A stretch of DNA of 64,000 nt from Candidatus Omnitrophota bacterium (GTDB taxonomy: Bacteria > Omnitrophota > Gorgyraeia > Zapsychrales > Fredricksoniimonadaceae): contig JADFZK010000007.1 in assembly GCA_015232565.1 (NCBI GenBank), positions 664 to 64,663 on the forward strand, read 5' to 3'. The position numbers and the translations under genes are program-made. The notes beneath the pieces were generated by a model. It had not been told where the DNA came from. It did no database searches and saw nothing but the letters and a program-made list of their open reading frames with translations. Positions 37,540-48,126 of the stretch are shown piece after piece. How positions within the stretch are numbered: position 1 is the stretch's first letter; the number at the start of each line of letters is the position of its first letter.

Positions 37540-39176
37540 TACGCCCCGTTCAACTGGGGACCGGCATCAACCAGCGCCCGGCCTTTCTCCGTATCAGTAA
37601 AATTCAGGAAATGCGCCACGAACATTTCCGCCAGCTTGCGATAAGTCTTGTCGTAATCCGCTTTATCTACCCACCCGTTACGCGGATTCAGAATAGCCGA
37701 ATCCACTCCCGCCAAAGCGGTCGGGATCTGGAAATTAAAGATCGGCATGGTCTCAAACTGTGCCTTCTCCAGCGAACCATCCAGGATCGCATCAATGATC
37801 TTGCGCGTACTGGGCAAATCCATCCGCTGGCCAACCCCGCATTTCCCGCGGACCCAGCCGGTATTCACCAGGTAAGCGTGCGCACCATGCTTGTCCATCT
37901 GATCACCCAGGATCTTGGCATAACGCGTGGGATGCAATAACAGGAACGCCTGTCCGAAACACGCGGAGAAGGTAGCCTTCGGCTCGGTGACCCCCAGCTC
38001 GGTACCCGCCACCCGGGCGGTATAGCCGCTCAGGAAATGATACATCGCCTGGTCGCGGCTCAAGCGAGCCACCGGAGGCAGAACACCATAAGCATCGCAA
38101 GTCAGAAAAATGATCTTGGAAGGATGACCGCCGCGCGAGGTCGGCCGCACTATGTTATCAATATGATGGATCGGATAAGAAGCGCGGGTATTCTCGGTTT
38201 TCTTGTCAGAATTATAATCCGGTTCACCTTTTTCATTAAGGACCACGTTTTCCAACAGGGCGTCCTTGCGGATCGCGCGGAAAATATCCGGTTCATTCTT
38301 CGGCGAGAGGTTGATACATTTGGCGTAACAACCGCCTTCAAAGTTAAAGATACCGTCATGATCCCACCCGTGTTCATCATCCCCTATCAATAAACGCTTC
38401 GGATCGGCAGAAAGAGTGGTTTTTCCGGTACCGCTGAGCCCGAAGAAAAGCGCGGTATCGCCTTCCTTGCCCATATTGGCCGAACAATGGAAAGACCCTA
38501 TGCCTTTAAGCGGCAGGAAATAATTCATGACCGAGAAAACACCCTTCTTGATCTCACCGCCGTACCAGGTGCCGCCGATAAGGGTCATACGCTCCATCAT
38601 ATTAAAAGCGATGAAAACTTCGGTACGCAGATTGTGGCGGTGCGGCTGGGGGCAAGAGATCTTGCAAGCGTCCATGATGGTCCAGTCGGGCACAAAATCC
38701 AGCAACTCTTCCTCGGTCGGACGGATGAACATGTTCTTGAAGAAATGCGCTTTCCAGGCGATCTCGGTAATAAGGCGGACCCTCAGGCGGGAATCAGGAT
38801 TGGCGCCGCAGAAAGCGTCCATCACATAAAGTTTCCGGCCGTTAAGGCGCTTGAGGGCCAGGTCCTTAAGATAGAACCAGGTTTCCTCGGATATCTGCTG
38901 ATTATCAGAATTATTGGTGGTAGGCGCTACCGGGCCGATGCCCCACCAGATCTTATCGTGCGAGGTCTCTTCATTAACCACGTACTTATCTTTGGGCGAA
39001 CGGCCGGTGAATTTTCCCGTATCAATGGCCACCGCTCCGGTAGCCGTTACAACCCCGCGTTCATTAGCGGGCGTCTCCTGGGAGGTTTCATGTTTAATGA
39101 GCTCGTCGAGAGACAGATTATAAAAGATCTCGTCATACATCGTGATGCCATGGCGCTCCAGACGTAATTTGCTCAT
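37539..39176 (-). CDS. pckA: Phosphoenolpyruvate carboxykinase (ATP)
   Basis: Motifs [50 protein letters not shown] and ENTR. Confidence 0.97.
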   Translation of the reverse strand: MSKLRLERHGITMYDEIFYNLSLDELIKHETSQETPANERGVVTATGAVAIDTGKFTGRSPKDKYVVNEETSHDKIWWGIGPVAPTTNNSDNQQISEETWFYLKDLALKRLNGRKLYVMDAFCGANPDSRLRVRLITEIAWKAHFFKNMFIRPTEEELLDFVPDWTIMDACKISCPQPHRHNLRTEVFIAFNMMERMTLIGGTWYGGEIKKGVFSVMNYFLPLKGIGSFHCSANMGKEGDTALFFGLSGTGKTTLSADPKRLLIGDDEHGWDHDGIFNFEGGCYAKCINLSPKNEPDIFRAIRKDALLENVVLNEKGEPDYNSDKKTENTRASYPIHHIDNIVRPTSRGGHPSKIIFLTCDAYGVLPPVARLSRDQAMYHFLSGYTARVAGTELGVTEPKATFSACFGQAFLLLHPTRYAKILGDQMDKHGAHAYLVNTGWVRGKCGVGQRMDLPSTRKIIDAILDGSLEKAQFETMPIFNFQIPTALAGVDSAILNPRNGWVDKADYDKTYRKLAEMFVAHFLNFTDTEKGRALVDAGPQLNGA

Positions 39177-39262
39177 TTTTTCATGGTCCTTTCCGGAAAC
39201 AGGTCAATAAATAGAAAGTCACGCCCACTATTATCTAAATAATGATGTTTAATGCAATTCTT

Positions 39263-39838
39263 TTAATTGTGTATCTTTTTTAGCAACCAGGCCATGTTTT
39301 CACCAAGGACTTTCATGGTTTGCAGGCCTTCTTCGTCCTTGAGCACATCGCCGACCTCGCGGCCCAGGGCAAAGTTCCAGTATGAAGAACTTACGATCAC
39401 CATCTCGCTGATGCTAAAGAAATGGTTCATGGTGTCGAAAGCATGCACCGCGCCGCCCCGGCGCACCGCCATTACCCCCGCGCCGACCTTGCGCCGCAAG
39501 AATGAACCATTGGCCCGGTTAACCAGGCAGGCCCGGTCAATCAGCGCTTTCATTTCCGAAGAAACATCCGCCACATAAACCGGCGAACCCAGAATTATGC
39601 CGTCGGCCTGCGCCATCTTGTCGATACACTCCTGGACCGGGTCATCCTTGATCACACAGCGGCGGTCTTTGTTGTTATAACACCCGTAACAGGCCTTGCA
39701 CCCGCGCACCGTTTTTCCCGCCAGCTGTAACATTTCACATTCAATGCCTTCTTTCTTAAGCTCGTCAAAAACCTTCCCGATAAGCAATGCGGTATTGCCA
39801 TCCTTACGGGCACTGCCATTTATGCCGATCACTTTCAT
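39263..39838 (-). CDS. Flavodoxin family iron-sulfur flavoprotein
   Basis: Motifs GINGSARKDGNT, CKACYGC..C, GSPVY, KALIDR and RRGG. Confidence 0.9.
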   Translation of the reverse strand: MKVIGINGSARKDGNTALLIGKVFDELKKEGIECEMLQLAGKTVRGCKACYGCYNNKDRRCVIKDDPVQECIDKMAQADGIILGSPVYVADVSSEMKALIDRACLVNRANGSFLRRKVGAGVMAVRRGGAVHAFDTMNHFFSISEMVIVSSSYWNFALGREVGDVLKDEEGLQTMKVLGENMAWLLKKIHN

Positions 39839-39859
39839 GCGATCCTCCAATAGAAGCAG

Positions 39860-41617
39860 TTACTTGGCGGGAGTTTGCGCGGCGCGCGTCATACGCGCCA
39901 CATCCCGGTTATACTCAAAAGGCGACAGCCGAATAGCTTCCCGGGCGTAAGACAATGCCTTCTCACTCTCACCGGTAACCAGGTACACCCGGCTGAGCAT
40001 AAGATGCCCGTTGTATAAAGACGGTTCGCGCCGCACCGCTTCCAAATAATTGGTCTCGGCCAGGCGCAAAAAATATTCCTTGCGGGTGGTGGAAAATACC
40101 CCGGCCGCCACATCACCGGCCGCCAAAGGATAACAGGCCGACCAGCGGTCAAAAAGAGACCCGGTCACAAAAGCCTTCCCGGCTTCATCCGATTTACCGG
40201 CATCCATAGCGCTGGATCCAGCCTGAAAGAAGAACAACCCCACACAGATCAAGGCCGCCACGATCCCCGCCCCGGCACAAGCCAGCAATCCCAAAACCGG
40301 GACCAGCCGGCTTTCCGGAGCCTGGCGCGCACCCGCGAATGTTTGCCGGTATAAAGCGGCAAAGACTCCCAGTATCGCCCAGCCATGGACCGCGATATTG
40401 GGCTTGGTAAAAGTAAAACTGCAACAGTTGTCTATAAAAAAGGCGGTCAATCCCCAAACTACGGCCAGGGCAATAAAGCCAGCCTCGCCATCGTTGAAAT
40501 ACCACAACACCCGGCGGGCACATTTGATGAACACCCCCACCAAAGCCAGAATACCGGCCAGCCCAAGAACCCCGCATTCTACCCACCATTGCAGGTAAAC
40601 ATTATGGACGTAATTAGTAAAAGAATTCACCGAATCCACCATGAACCGGGAGGCCAATCCGAAAGAACCAAACCCGAACCCCTCCCACGGGCGCTCTTGT
40701 ATTAAACGCCAGGCCTGGCTGTAATATTCCAGCCGCGGCAGGATCGACCCGGCGAAATTCTTACGCATAATGACAATAATAAAAAGCCCGATGAAAACCG
40801 CACCCAGCACTATTAAAGAGCACTTGAGCCATACATTCATACGCGGGACATACCGCCGGATCATAAACGGCAACAAAATAGCTGTTGCCAGCAGAAAGTT
40901 AAACCAGCCCAGGAACGAGAAAGTAACCAACAGACACCCCACCAGGACCGCGAACACTACGCCCAAAGTCAACCGCCGCCAAAGTGAACGGGCAGTAACA
41001 ATAGACAACCCGGCAAAGGGCAGGATCAAAAGCAGATAACCCGCCAAAGAATTCGGCCAACCCAGAAATGAAGTAGCCCGGCGGTTTTGTAAAATATAAT
41101 ATAAGCTGTGATTATACTCGGCGGTAACCAGATCCGCCGCCTGCGGCTGACGGGCCGAAAGCAGAAAGAACTCCTGGATCCCATAGAAAGAAGATACAAA
41201 AGCACAAGCCAGAATAAAATATAAAAACAGTTTTATACGAGGAATATCGTCAAGCGTATTGGCCAGGATGTAGAACATCGCCATACTCCCCGCCAAAGGC
41301 AACCACACTCTGATACTGACCGAAAGGTCCAGGGTATAGCACAAGGAAACCAGGGATATCACCAGCAACACCCCCAGCGGCCATTCAAAGCCGGTGGCCA
41401 ACAATTTGATCCGTTTGTCTACCGCCAGGGCGGCAAAGGCCGCGCCCAGGGCCAGCTGGACGGACGCCACCAGTAAATTGCTCAGATCTTCTTTCACCAT
41501 GGTACCGGCGCCCAGAAAGAATTTCCAGACCACCAGGCGGAATAACACTACCACCGCCACGGAAACCAGAAAAACCAGGTTCCAGTTAATGCTGATGACC
41601 GGGAATTTATTACGCAT
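39860..41617 (-). CDS. O-antigen ligase / O-oligosaccharyltransferase family protein with C-terminal TPR
   Basis: Many TM helices; motifs RATSFLGWPNSLAGY, GFGFGSF and HNVYLQWWVECGVLG; TPR-like C-terminus. Confidence 0.85.
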   Translation of the reverse strand: MRNKFPVISINWNLVFLVSVAVVVLFRLVVWKFFLGAGTMVKEDLSNLLVASVQLALGAAFAALAVDKRIKLLATGFEWPLGVLLVISLVSLCYTLDLSVSIRVWLPLAGSMAMFYILANTLDDIPRIKLFLYFILACAFVSSFYGIQEFFLLSARQPQAADLVTAEYNHSLYYILQNRRATSFLGWPNSLAGYLLLILPFAGLSIVTARSLWRRLTLGVVFAVLVGCLLVTFSFLGWFNFLLATAILLPFMIRRYVPRMNVWLKCSLIVLGAVFIGLFIIVIMRKNFAGSILPRLEYYSQAWRLIQERPWEGFGFGSFGLASRFMVDSVNSFTNYVHNVYLQWWVECGVLGLAGILALVGVFIKCARRVLWYFNDGEAGFIALAVVWGLTAFFIDNCCSFTFTKPNIAVHGWAILGVFAALYRQTFAGARQAPESRLVPVLGLLACAGAGIVAALICVGLFFFQAGSSAMDAGKSDEAGKAFVTGSLFDRWSACYPLAAGDVAAGVFSTTRKEYFLRLAETNYLEAVRREPSLYNGHLMLSRVYLVTGESEKALSYAREAIRLSPFEYNRDVARMTRAAQTPAK

Positions 41618-41642
41618 AAAAAAATTACTCCCCAAATCGTTT

Positions 41643-42407
41643 TTATTCGCCCGAGGCTGTCCGGAAACAACCGGTAAGGACATTCTTCTTTTTACCATGG
41701 CCAAGTATCCTTTGCACCGTAAACCCACGGGCGGTAAGCCCCCGGCGCACAAAGCCCGCCACCGTAAAAGTGGCCAGGGTGGTGCCCGTGCGGCTTAACG
41801 CGGCCATGCCCGCAAAGACCGCATCCGACCACATCTCCGGATTGCGGGAAGGCGCAAAACCATCCAGTGACCAGGCATCGGCCCCCTGCGGAGCCAGATT
41901 CTTTTCCCTGATCGCGGCCAGGGCCGGGACCACCTGGTCGAAAACTATTGTAAGCCGGGTGCGGGTATCAGCAAACAAATAATTACCGATCCCGCCCGCC
42001 CCCTGACCCCGGGACACTGGCGGACGGTATTGCGCGGCCAACTCCCGGCTCTGCCTGGCCAGGACCGGCCACAAGCTCAGAGCGCGCACCAGCTCTTCAA
42101 CCGCAAGAGGATACAGCTCAACTGAAATAAAATGTAAAGCCCAGGAGGGCGGCGCACATTCTGCCCATAACTGCCAGACACAACAAAAATCCAGGCCGGT
42201 GCCAAAACCGGTCTCAATAAAAGTAAACTCACCTTTTACCGCCGGATCAAGCCGCGAAAAGCGGCCTCTCAGGTCATTTCCCTGACAAACAACATACAGG
42301 GCTTCTTCATAGCCCAGCTCTTTACAGAAATACTGGTCATCGAAAGCCGTTGAACGCGGCAGGCCATGTTCGTCCCAGATCATTGTGTTAAGAATCTCAT
42401 TGTTCAT
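41643..42407 (-). CDS. mnmD: tRNA mnm5s2U34 methyltransferase, stand-alone MnmC N-terminal (MnmD) domain
   Basis: Motifs PRSTAFDDQYF, ETGFGTGLDF, FISVELYP, DAWSLDGFAPSRNPEMW and ATFTVAGFVRRGL. Confidence 0.88.
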   Translation of the reverse strand: MNNEILNTMIWDEHGLPRSTAFDDQYFCKELGYEEALYVVCQGNDLRGRFSRLDPAVKGEFTFIETGFGTGLDFCCVWQLWAECAPPSWALHFISVELYPLAVEELVRALSLWPVLARQSRELAAQYRPPVSRGQGAGGIGNYLFADTRTRLTIVFDQVVPALAAIREKNLAPQGADAWSLDGFAPSRNPEMWSDAVFAGMAALSRTGTTLATFTVAGFVRRGLTARGFTVQRILGHGKKKNVLTGCFRTASGE

Positions 42408-42533
42408 ATTGAGCCATGAATTGCGCAATACAAAGCCCTCACCTTGGCCAACACCTTTACAGGCATTGGTCAAAGATGAGGGCTAAGCATAAAATTACCA
42501 GTCTTGATCAACACGAAAAAGTGTCTGTCACAC

Positions 42534-42635
42534 CTATTTTTCGTCTTTCTTTTTCTGTAATTCCATAACCTTAAAGATCAAAAAACCAATGATCAAAGAC
42601 TGTAGCAAAACCGCAGTTTCCAAGAATGCCACCAT
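42534..42635 (-). CDS. 33-aa single-pass membrane micropeptide
   Basis: AAGGAG 5 nt before ATG. Translates as MVAFLETAVLLQSLIIGFLIFKVMELQKKKDEK*. Starts 34 nt after the SPFH gene. Below the ORF-track size cutoff. Confidence 0.6.
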   Translation of the reverse strand: MVAFLETAVLLQSLIIGFLIFKVMELQKKKDEK

Positions 42636-42669
42636 AACATCTCCTTATGTTAAACTCGTCCAGACCTGA

Positions 42670-43665
42670 TTATTCCTTACTGGCTCCGGAAAACATGCCC
42701 TTAAAAATCCCGTTAAGGTCCATCAAACTGGTAGAATTCTGCCCTATCGGAACCGCGAAGACCCGAAATTTATCCGGAATATTTTCCGCGAACTTGAGCG
42801 CCACCACATTCTGCCCGCCGCCCAATGCATCGGCCTGCAATTTCTTGCCTTCGGCATCGGCCTTGTAATTCGCCAGCTTACCCGCCGCTTCCTGCTCCAG
42901 CTTGTAACGCTCGGCATCCGCCTCGATCCTGGCCGACTGGGCACGCCCTTCGGCGTCCTGGATAGCTTTTAACTTACTGCCGCGAGCCTCGGCCTCCTGC
43001 CGCTTGGCTTCTTCTTCCTGGGCCAGCGCGCGGTTCTTGTTTATTTCCACCTGCTGGGCGGCCAGCTTCTTCTGCTCGATCGCACTCTCAAACTCGCGAC
43101 TGAAAGCAAAATGACGGATAAGCGCGTCCTGGATCTGGATAGCCGGGAACTTGGCTACCGCACTTTGCAAACGCTGGGCCATTTCTTTTTGAATATCATC
43201 GCGCACTTTACCGCTATATATCTCTTCGGCCGCATAACTACCGATAGTAATACGGGCCTCTGACCGAATCTGAGGCAGCAGGATCTGATCCTCATAATTC
43301 GATCCGATCGTCTGGTGCAAAGCCGGCACCTCATTGCCTTTAAGAGCGTAAAGGATGGTGAGATCCACCCGGATGTTCTGACCGTCATTGGTCTTTAGAT
43401 CCAGGCTGTAATTATCGGTATTCTCGCTTTTCATCACATCGCCGGGAAAAGCGCGCGCCGCAACATGATAAACCACAATGTCGGTCGAAACCTTGTTGTA
43501 AACATGATACCCGACTCCGCGCGGCATATCAAAGACCTTGCCTTGCACCTTATCCACTTCAACACCCACCTCGGTAGGCTTGATATCCACAATCCCCACG
43601 AACATCCAGAAGCCCATCAGCACCAGGATGATCGCTCCCATAAAAAACGAAGCGCCTTTGTTCAT
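42670..43665 (-). CDS. SPFH / prohibitin family membrane protein
   Basis: N-terminal TM; motifs LKTNDGQNIRVDLTILY and FSREFESAIEQKKLAAQ; AEA-rich coiled coil. Start after GGGAGGAG. Confidence 0.9.
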   Translation of the reverse strand: MNKGASFFMGAIILVLMGFWMFVGIVDIKPTEVGVEVDKVQGKVFDMPRGVGYHVYNKVSTDIVVYHVAARAFPGDVMKSENTDNYSLDLKTNDGQNIRVDLTILYALKGNEVPALHQTIGSNYEDQILLPQIRSEARITIGSYAAEEIYSGKVRDDIQKEMAQRLQSAVAKFPAIQIQDALIRHFAFSREFESAIEQKKLAAQQVEINKNRALAQEEEAKRQEAEARGSKLKAIQDAEGRAQSARIEADAERYKLEQEAAGKLANYKADAEGKKLQADALGGGQNVVALKFAENIPDKFRVFAVPIGQNSTSLMDLNGIFKGMFSGASKE

Positions 43666-43798
43666 ATTAAACTCCTCCCATCTGAAATTAAAAAAATTCG
43701 ATAAAGTTTCCCGCATCACTCTACCCTCCTGTTAACAAATTATTCTGTGCGTCAATATACCACATTTTCACGATCACGCGATAATTACCGAAGAAATA

Positions 43799-44170
43799 TC
43801 AACCCGATTTTCCGAAACGCCAAGACATGAAAAGCGCGATGAAGCCCCCTTCCACTACTAAAGAAGCTATCCCCAGCGGCTCAAGCCAGGCGCCCGGTTC
43901 AGCGGGGATCAAAGGCAAGCCCACTGTACGGCTGGCCACATATCCGGCAAACGAACCCGCCGCTACCAGCAGTCCCAAGTACCAGCCCCAGTTCTGCCGG
44001 CGCCAAAGCCCATAAGCCGCGGCCAGTGCTCCGGCCCCGTTAGCATAGAACAGCCAGCCCTTGTACTCCGCTTCCTGAAAACAATCCGGGGCATCGACCA
44101 CATGGATAACACCCACGATAACGATCAAAACCACCGCGCCCCAACGTACGATCTTTGGTTTGTCGATCAT
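43799..44170 (-). CDS. Small 4-TM hypothetical membrane protein
   Basis: AAAGGAG RBS; hydrophobic helices; motif YVASRTVGLP...WLEPLG. Confidence 0.75.
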   Translation of the reverse strand: MIDKPKIVRWGAVVLIVIVGVIHVVDAPDCFQEAEYKGWLFYANGAGALAAAYGLWRRQNWGWYLGLLVAAGSFAGYVASRTVGLPLIPAEPGAWLEPLGIASLVVEGGFIALFMSWRFGKSG

Positions 44171-44203
44171 AAGAACGCTCCTTTGTTAATTAGTGTAAGA
44201 AGC

Positions 44204-45232
44204 TCAGCCCGGTAAAACTTTACGCACGGCTTCGACGACTTGTTCCACCGAGATTCGCTGAACAGACGGGAAGCGGAGGTCGTTAGTGGGCCGGTCAGAA
44301 GCCGGAAAAACCGCTAGATCATCACGAACAACCTGCACATTATCTCCCTGGGGAGTCCAAATCCCCAATGATGGCCCGGCTAAAACCACCATAGGCTTAT
44401 GAAAAGCTCCGGCCACATGAACTGCCGCGGTATTCACACTGATCAACAGATCGACATCCCGAATACAGGCAACAAACTCGGGAACATTGCCACAGACAAT
44501 AAACGAAATCTTATCTTTTAATGAAGACCCCCTCGAGCTAACCTTCTCGGCAAAACTGTTAAAATCCGGATGTTGTCCGAATATAACCAGCTCAAGGCCA
44601 TTACGAGCGCCAAGCACATCCAACAGATCGATCCATTTCTCCCATGGCCAAACGAATTCCAGTGAATTACCTCTACGGCTCCAGGGATGAATACCCACAC
44701 GAATTCTGCCATGATCGATAGCTGAAGGTTTTCTTAAATCTAACCAGGATAAATCAAGCACAAAGGAATCTTTAGGGAAAGTAACACGAAAGATATCTTC
44801 CAACTGATACAAATGCCGATACAGAATATACCCACCCCTGGAAGGCGTGATAATATCAGCATTGATCAAATTAAAATCCACAATATAATCCAGCGCGCCC
44901 GTTCGCTTAAGTCCGGAATAATAAGCCCAGCCTTGCAAAGAGCCAGGTGCCATCTGTATCCCCAGAACCACTGCCCCCCGCTTGCGCTCATGTCTCAGGA
45001 CATTTATCAACCGCGCCTGATCCAGCAAAGAATAAACATTAAAGAATCGTTCCGACGGATCAGCGAACTTGCGCAAAAGAACATGCGGATTAGCTCTATG
45101 CACACCCAAACAACGCACCCCGGGCAAAGCCCGTTCCGCTTTGGCCATAACATCGCTCATGATAAAATAATCACCCAGCGCATTGGTCATGGTGAAAAGC
45201 ACTATATCTGCAGGAAACAACTTTTTGGTCAT
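44204..45232 (-). CDS. Glycosyltransferase family 9 (heptosyltransferase-like)
   Basis: Motifs NALGD, GIHPWS..WPWEKW and ISVNTAAVHVAGAFHKPMVVLAGP. Confidence 0.82.
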   Translation of the reverse strand: MTKKLFPADIVLFTMTNALGDYFIMSDVMAKAERALPGVRCLGVHRANPHVLLRKFADPSERFFNVYSLLDQARLINVLRHERKRGAVVLGIQMAPGSLQGWAYYSGLKRTGALDYIVDFNLINADIITPSRGGYILYRHLYQLEDIFRVTFPKDSFVLDLSWLDLRKPSAIDHGRIRVGIHPWSRRGNSLEFVWPWEKWIDLLDVLGARNGLELVIFGQHPDFNSFAEKVSSRGSSLKDKISFIVCGNVPEFVACIRDVDLLISVNTAAVHVAGAFHKPMVVLAGPSLGIWTPQGDNVQVVRDDLAVFPASDRPTNDLRFPSVQRISVEQVVEAVRKVLPG

Positions 45233-45287
45233 AAGATTAACTCTGATAGCAACCAAACAATAAATCCACGACGAGCAAACACACAAA

Positions 45288-45971
45288 CTAAGACACGTTT
45301 ATTCCGAAAGCACTCTTAATCCTCGAGAAAATCGTGTCTTTAGCAAGAATCCTACGATAATGATCCTGATTATACCCATTATTCCACCAACTATCGCTAA
45401 AAGGGTCAATCAACTGTGCGCTAGTCCTCCGAAAGAATGCCGTATTTCTATCAACAATCTCCACAAGCTCAAACATATGCTCGGCATTAATAATATCAAA
45501 CATCCTTTTTATGGATGGGATCCGGATATCATCAATTATCAATAAACCGCCCTCTTCAATAAGCGGATATATGTAGAAATATTCTAGATCAGGGAAAGGA
45601 TACCCATGCGGACCATCAATAAGAGCAACCTGGAACTTATGTGAAAACTGAAACTGTGGCAAAGTTTTCTGCGTAGGTCCCTCAACATATCTAACACGCT
45701 TTGATGAAAGCAATGCAGAAGAACGCACCTTACAAACACTCTCTCCAACATCCAAAGCAAAAACAAGGTGATCTTCTGAAAGATGCGAAAACAATAACGT
45801 TGATCTTCCTGATCCAGTCTCCAAAGAATGTTTAATTTCCCCCAGACTCAAAGCATGTTTTACAATAACTCGTAAAACACTGTTACTTATTGTTCCACAA
45901 GCATGCCAATTGCCGGGTAAAGCCTCAATCGCTTGAATTGTCTGCTCATTAATCTTCATGATATCTATCAC
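45288..45971 (-). CDS. Class I SAM-dependent methyltransferase (Methyltransf_24-like)
   Basis: Motifs LETGSGRST, ALIDGPHGYP and GGLLIIDD. Alternative start ATG 45959. Confidence 0.82.
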   Translation of the reverse strand: MIDIMKINEQTIQAIEALPGNWHACGTISNSVLRVIVKHALSLGEIKHSLETGSGRSTLLFSHLSEDHLVFALDVGESVCKVRSSALLSSKRVRYVEGPTQKTLPQFQFSHKFQVALIDGPHGYPFPDLEYFYIYPLIEEGGLLIIDDIRIPSIKRMFDIINAEHMFELVEIVDRNTAFFRRTSAQLIDPFSDSWWNNGYNQDHYRRILAKDTIFSRIKSAFGINVS

Positions 45972-45981
45972 CTTCCTTTGC

Positions 45982-47253
45982 TTAAGTGCGCGACTGGTTT
46001 GCTGTCATGCTACTCTCTTGATCAATTAACCTCAGATAATGCGGCAGCACATATTTGTCAAAATTCTTCTCCCAGTCGTAATATCTGTTTGCAACTGCAA
46101 GATTCTTCTGACCAGCATCACAACACAACTTTGGATCGCCAGCAATTCTTATAATAGCTTCCGCAAAAGCTTCTGGCGAATCAGCAAGAACAGTTCCACT
46201 ACCATCAATAACTACCCCCTCAGCACCTTTCCTGGTAGATACAATTGGCTTACCCATGGCCATTGCTTCTATAATTTTAATCCTCATCCCAGCGCCATAA
46301 CGCAAAGGAACGACAACCACGTCGGAATCCATGATATGAGGCCGAACATCTTGCACAAAACCAATCAATCGAACATCGGCTATATCCTTAATTCTACTCT
46401 TTAATTTTGCAGAAGGACCCCTTCCAACAACATCAAACAGGAAATTGCAACCACTGCGTCTTAACACGGGAGCAATTGCCTCAATAAAGAAATTTATAGC
46501 ATCTTCAGACTGTGGAGAATCTAATGAACCAACATAAACCAAACGAATTACCCCTCCAGCTGAAACCCCCTTAGACACTTTCAAAAAAGGGACATAATCA
46601 GCAATCCTTAATCCAAATGCCATATCAAACAGCTTTCCTGCTACAGGATAGGCTCTCTCAATCTTGACACATTCCTGTTTCGAAACACCTAAGACCAAAT
46701 CGGCATCCAAGAGTGCCAAACGTTCCTGAAATAAAAGTTTAATACTTCCAAAGTAAACAAATATGCCGTATAGAAAATTTCCGCAACGAATTAAAGAAAG
46801 GCCATGATTTCTCCAATACTCATATTCCCAATTATGAGCCATAATCACCAACGCAGCTTTACGCTGTTTAAGAACATCATGATACGCCCACGCATGCTCC
46901 ACTTGAATAATGTCGAAATCCGCACGAATAAGACGCAGACTATCCGGTAACATATAAAAATGGGAGATATCTGAGATAGGATAACGACCAAAAATCGAAC
47001 GCAATCTGCTCAGTATAGACCAAAATAATCCTGATGGAGGGTAACCTGCAATGTGTAACGTGCAATATTCTCTTAAATCAGATAAGCCCTGTACATGATG
47101 CTCCTCGAACGGCCTCCTCAAAAGAGCATGTACTTCAAAGAAACGAGATAATGATCGCAAAACATTCCACGTAAGAAGCCTGCCGCCACCATCAGGAGGA
47201 CATATAGGATAGGACAAAACTATTAACAATTTTGGTTTCTTATTGGCCTTCAT
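45982..47253 (-). CDS. Glycosyltransferase family 4
   Basis: Motifs PPDGGG, HNWEYE, YVGSL and VPLRYGAGMRIKIIEAMAMGKPIVST. Confidence 0.88.
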   Translation of the reverse strand: MKANKKPKLLIVLSYPICPPDGGGRLLTWNVLRSLSRFFEVHALLRRPFEEHHVQGLSDLREYCTLHIAGYPPSGLFWSILSRLRSIFGRYPISDISHFYMLPDSLRLIRADFDIIQVEHAWAYHDVLKQRKAALVIMAHNWEYEYWRNHGLSLIRCGNFLYGIFVYFGSIKLLFQERLALLDADLVLGVSKQECVKIERAYPVAGKLFDMAFGLRIADYVPFLKVSKGVSAGGVIRLVYVGSLDSPQSEDAINFFIEAIAPVLRRSGCNFLFDVVGRGPSAKLKSRIKDIADVRLIGFVQDVRPHIMDSDVVVVPLRYGAGMRIKIIEAMAMGKPIVSTRKGAEGVVIDGSGTVLADSPEAFAEAIIRIAGDPKLCCDAGQKNLAVANRYYDWEKNFDKYVLPHYLRLIDQESSMTANQSRT

Positions 47254-47361
47254 GCCACACTCTTTTCTAGTCTTAAAAACATTTATCCACAACGCTTAAT
47301 CACCTATTTAAACACTGACCAGCCCTTTAAAGAATTACCTAAACACCTCACAAGAATGGCG

Positions 47362-48126
47362 TTACCCCAAATAACACTTGATCGTCTCCTCCGAAAGGTC
47401 GTCTTTCACAATGACCCCCTGGGCCAGGAGGATTGTGCGGCGGCACATTTGCCTTACGGCGTTGATATCGTGGCTCACGAACAGCACGGTCTTGCCGGCG
47501 CGGCTGGCTTCTCCCATTTTGCCCAGGCACTTCTTCTGGAACTGGGCGTCGCCTACCGCCAGCACTTCGTCCACCAGTAATATCTCGGATTCCAGGTGCG
47601 CGGCCACCGAAAAAGCCAGGCGCATGTACATGCCGCTGGAATAATGTTTTACCGGAGCCTCCAGGAACTTGGCGATCTCCGCAAAAGCCACAATAGCATC
47701 AAAATTCCGGCGTATTTCCTGGCGGGTCATGCCCAGGATCGCGCCATTCAGGAAAATATTCTCCCGCCCGCTTAATTCCGGATGAAAACCCGCGCCGACC
47801 TCGAGCAAACTGGCCACCCGCCCGCGCAACCGGATCTCGCCGGTAGTTGGCGGCGTGATCCGGGACAGGATCTTGAGCAAGGTGCTTTTACCAGAACCGT
47901 TACTGCCGATCACCCCCACTACCTCCCCGCGCTTGACTTCGAAAGACACTCCTTTAAGCGCCCAGAAAGTCTCACACGGCGCCCCGCGCCCCTTCAGCCA
48001 GGACCACAAGTTCCGCGGCATTAACGCCAGCTCCTCGGTCAAGGTGCGATGCAATGTAGCCCCGCGAGTTACAGCCATCGAATAAGCCTTGCCCACCTCT
48101 TTAACACTGATAACAGTCTCGCTCAT
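47362..48126 (-). CDS. wzt: Polysaccharide ABC exporter ATP-binding protein (Wzt-like, no C-terminal carbohydrate-binding domain)
   Basis: Motifs FWALKGVSF, GSNGSGKST, YSSGMYMRLAF and DEVLAVGD. Confidence 0.9.
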   Translation of the reverse strand: MSETVISVKEVGKAYSMAVTRGATLHRTLTEELALMPRNLWSWLKGRGAPCETFWALKGVSFEVKRGEVVGVIGSNGSGKSTLLKILSRITPPTTGEIRLRGRVASLLEVGAGFHPELSGRENIFLNGAILGMTRQEIRRNFDAIVAFAEIAKFLEAPVKHYSSGMYMRLAFSVAAHLESEILLVDEVLAVGDAQFQKKCLGKMGEASRAGKTVLFVSHDINAVRQMCRRTILLAQGVIVKDDLSEETIKCYLG

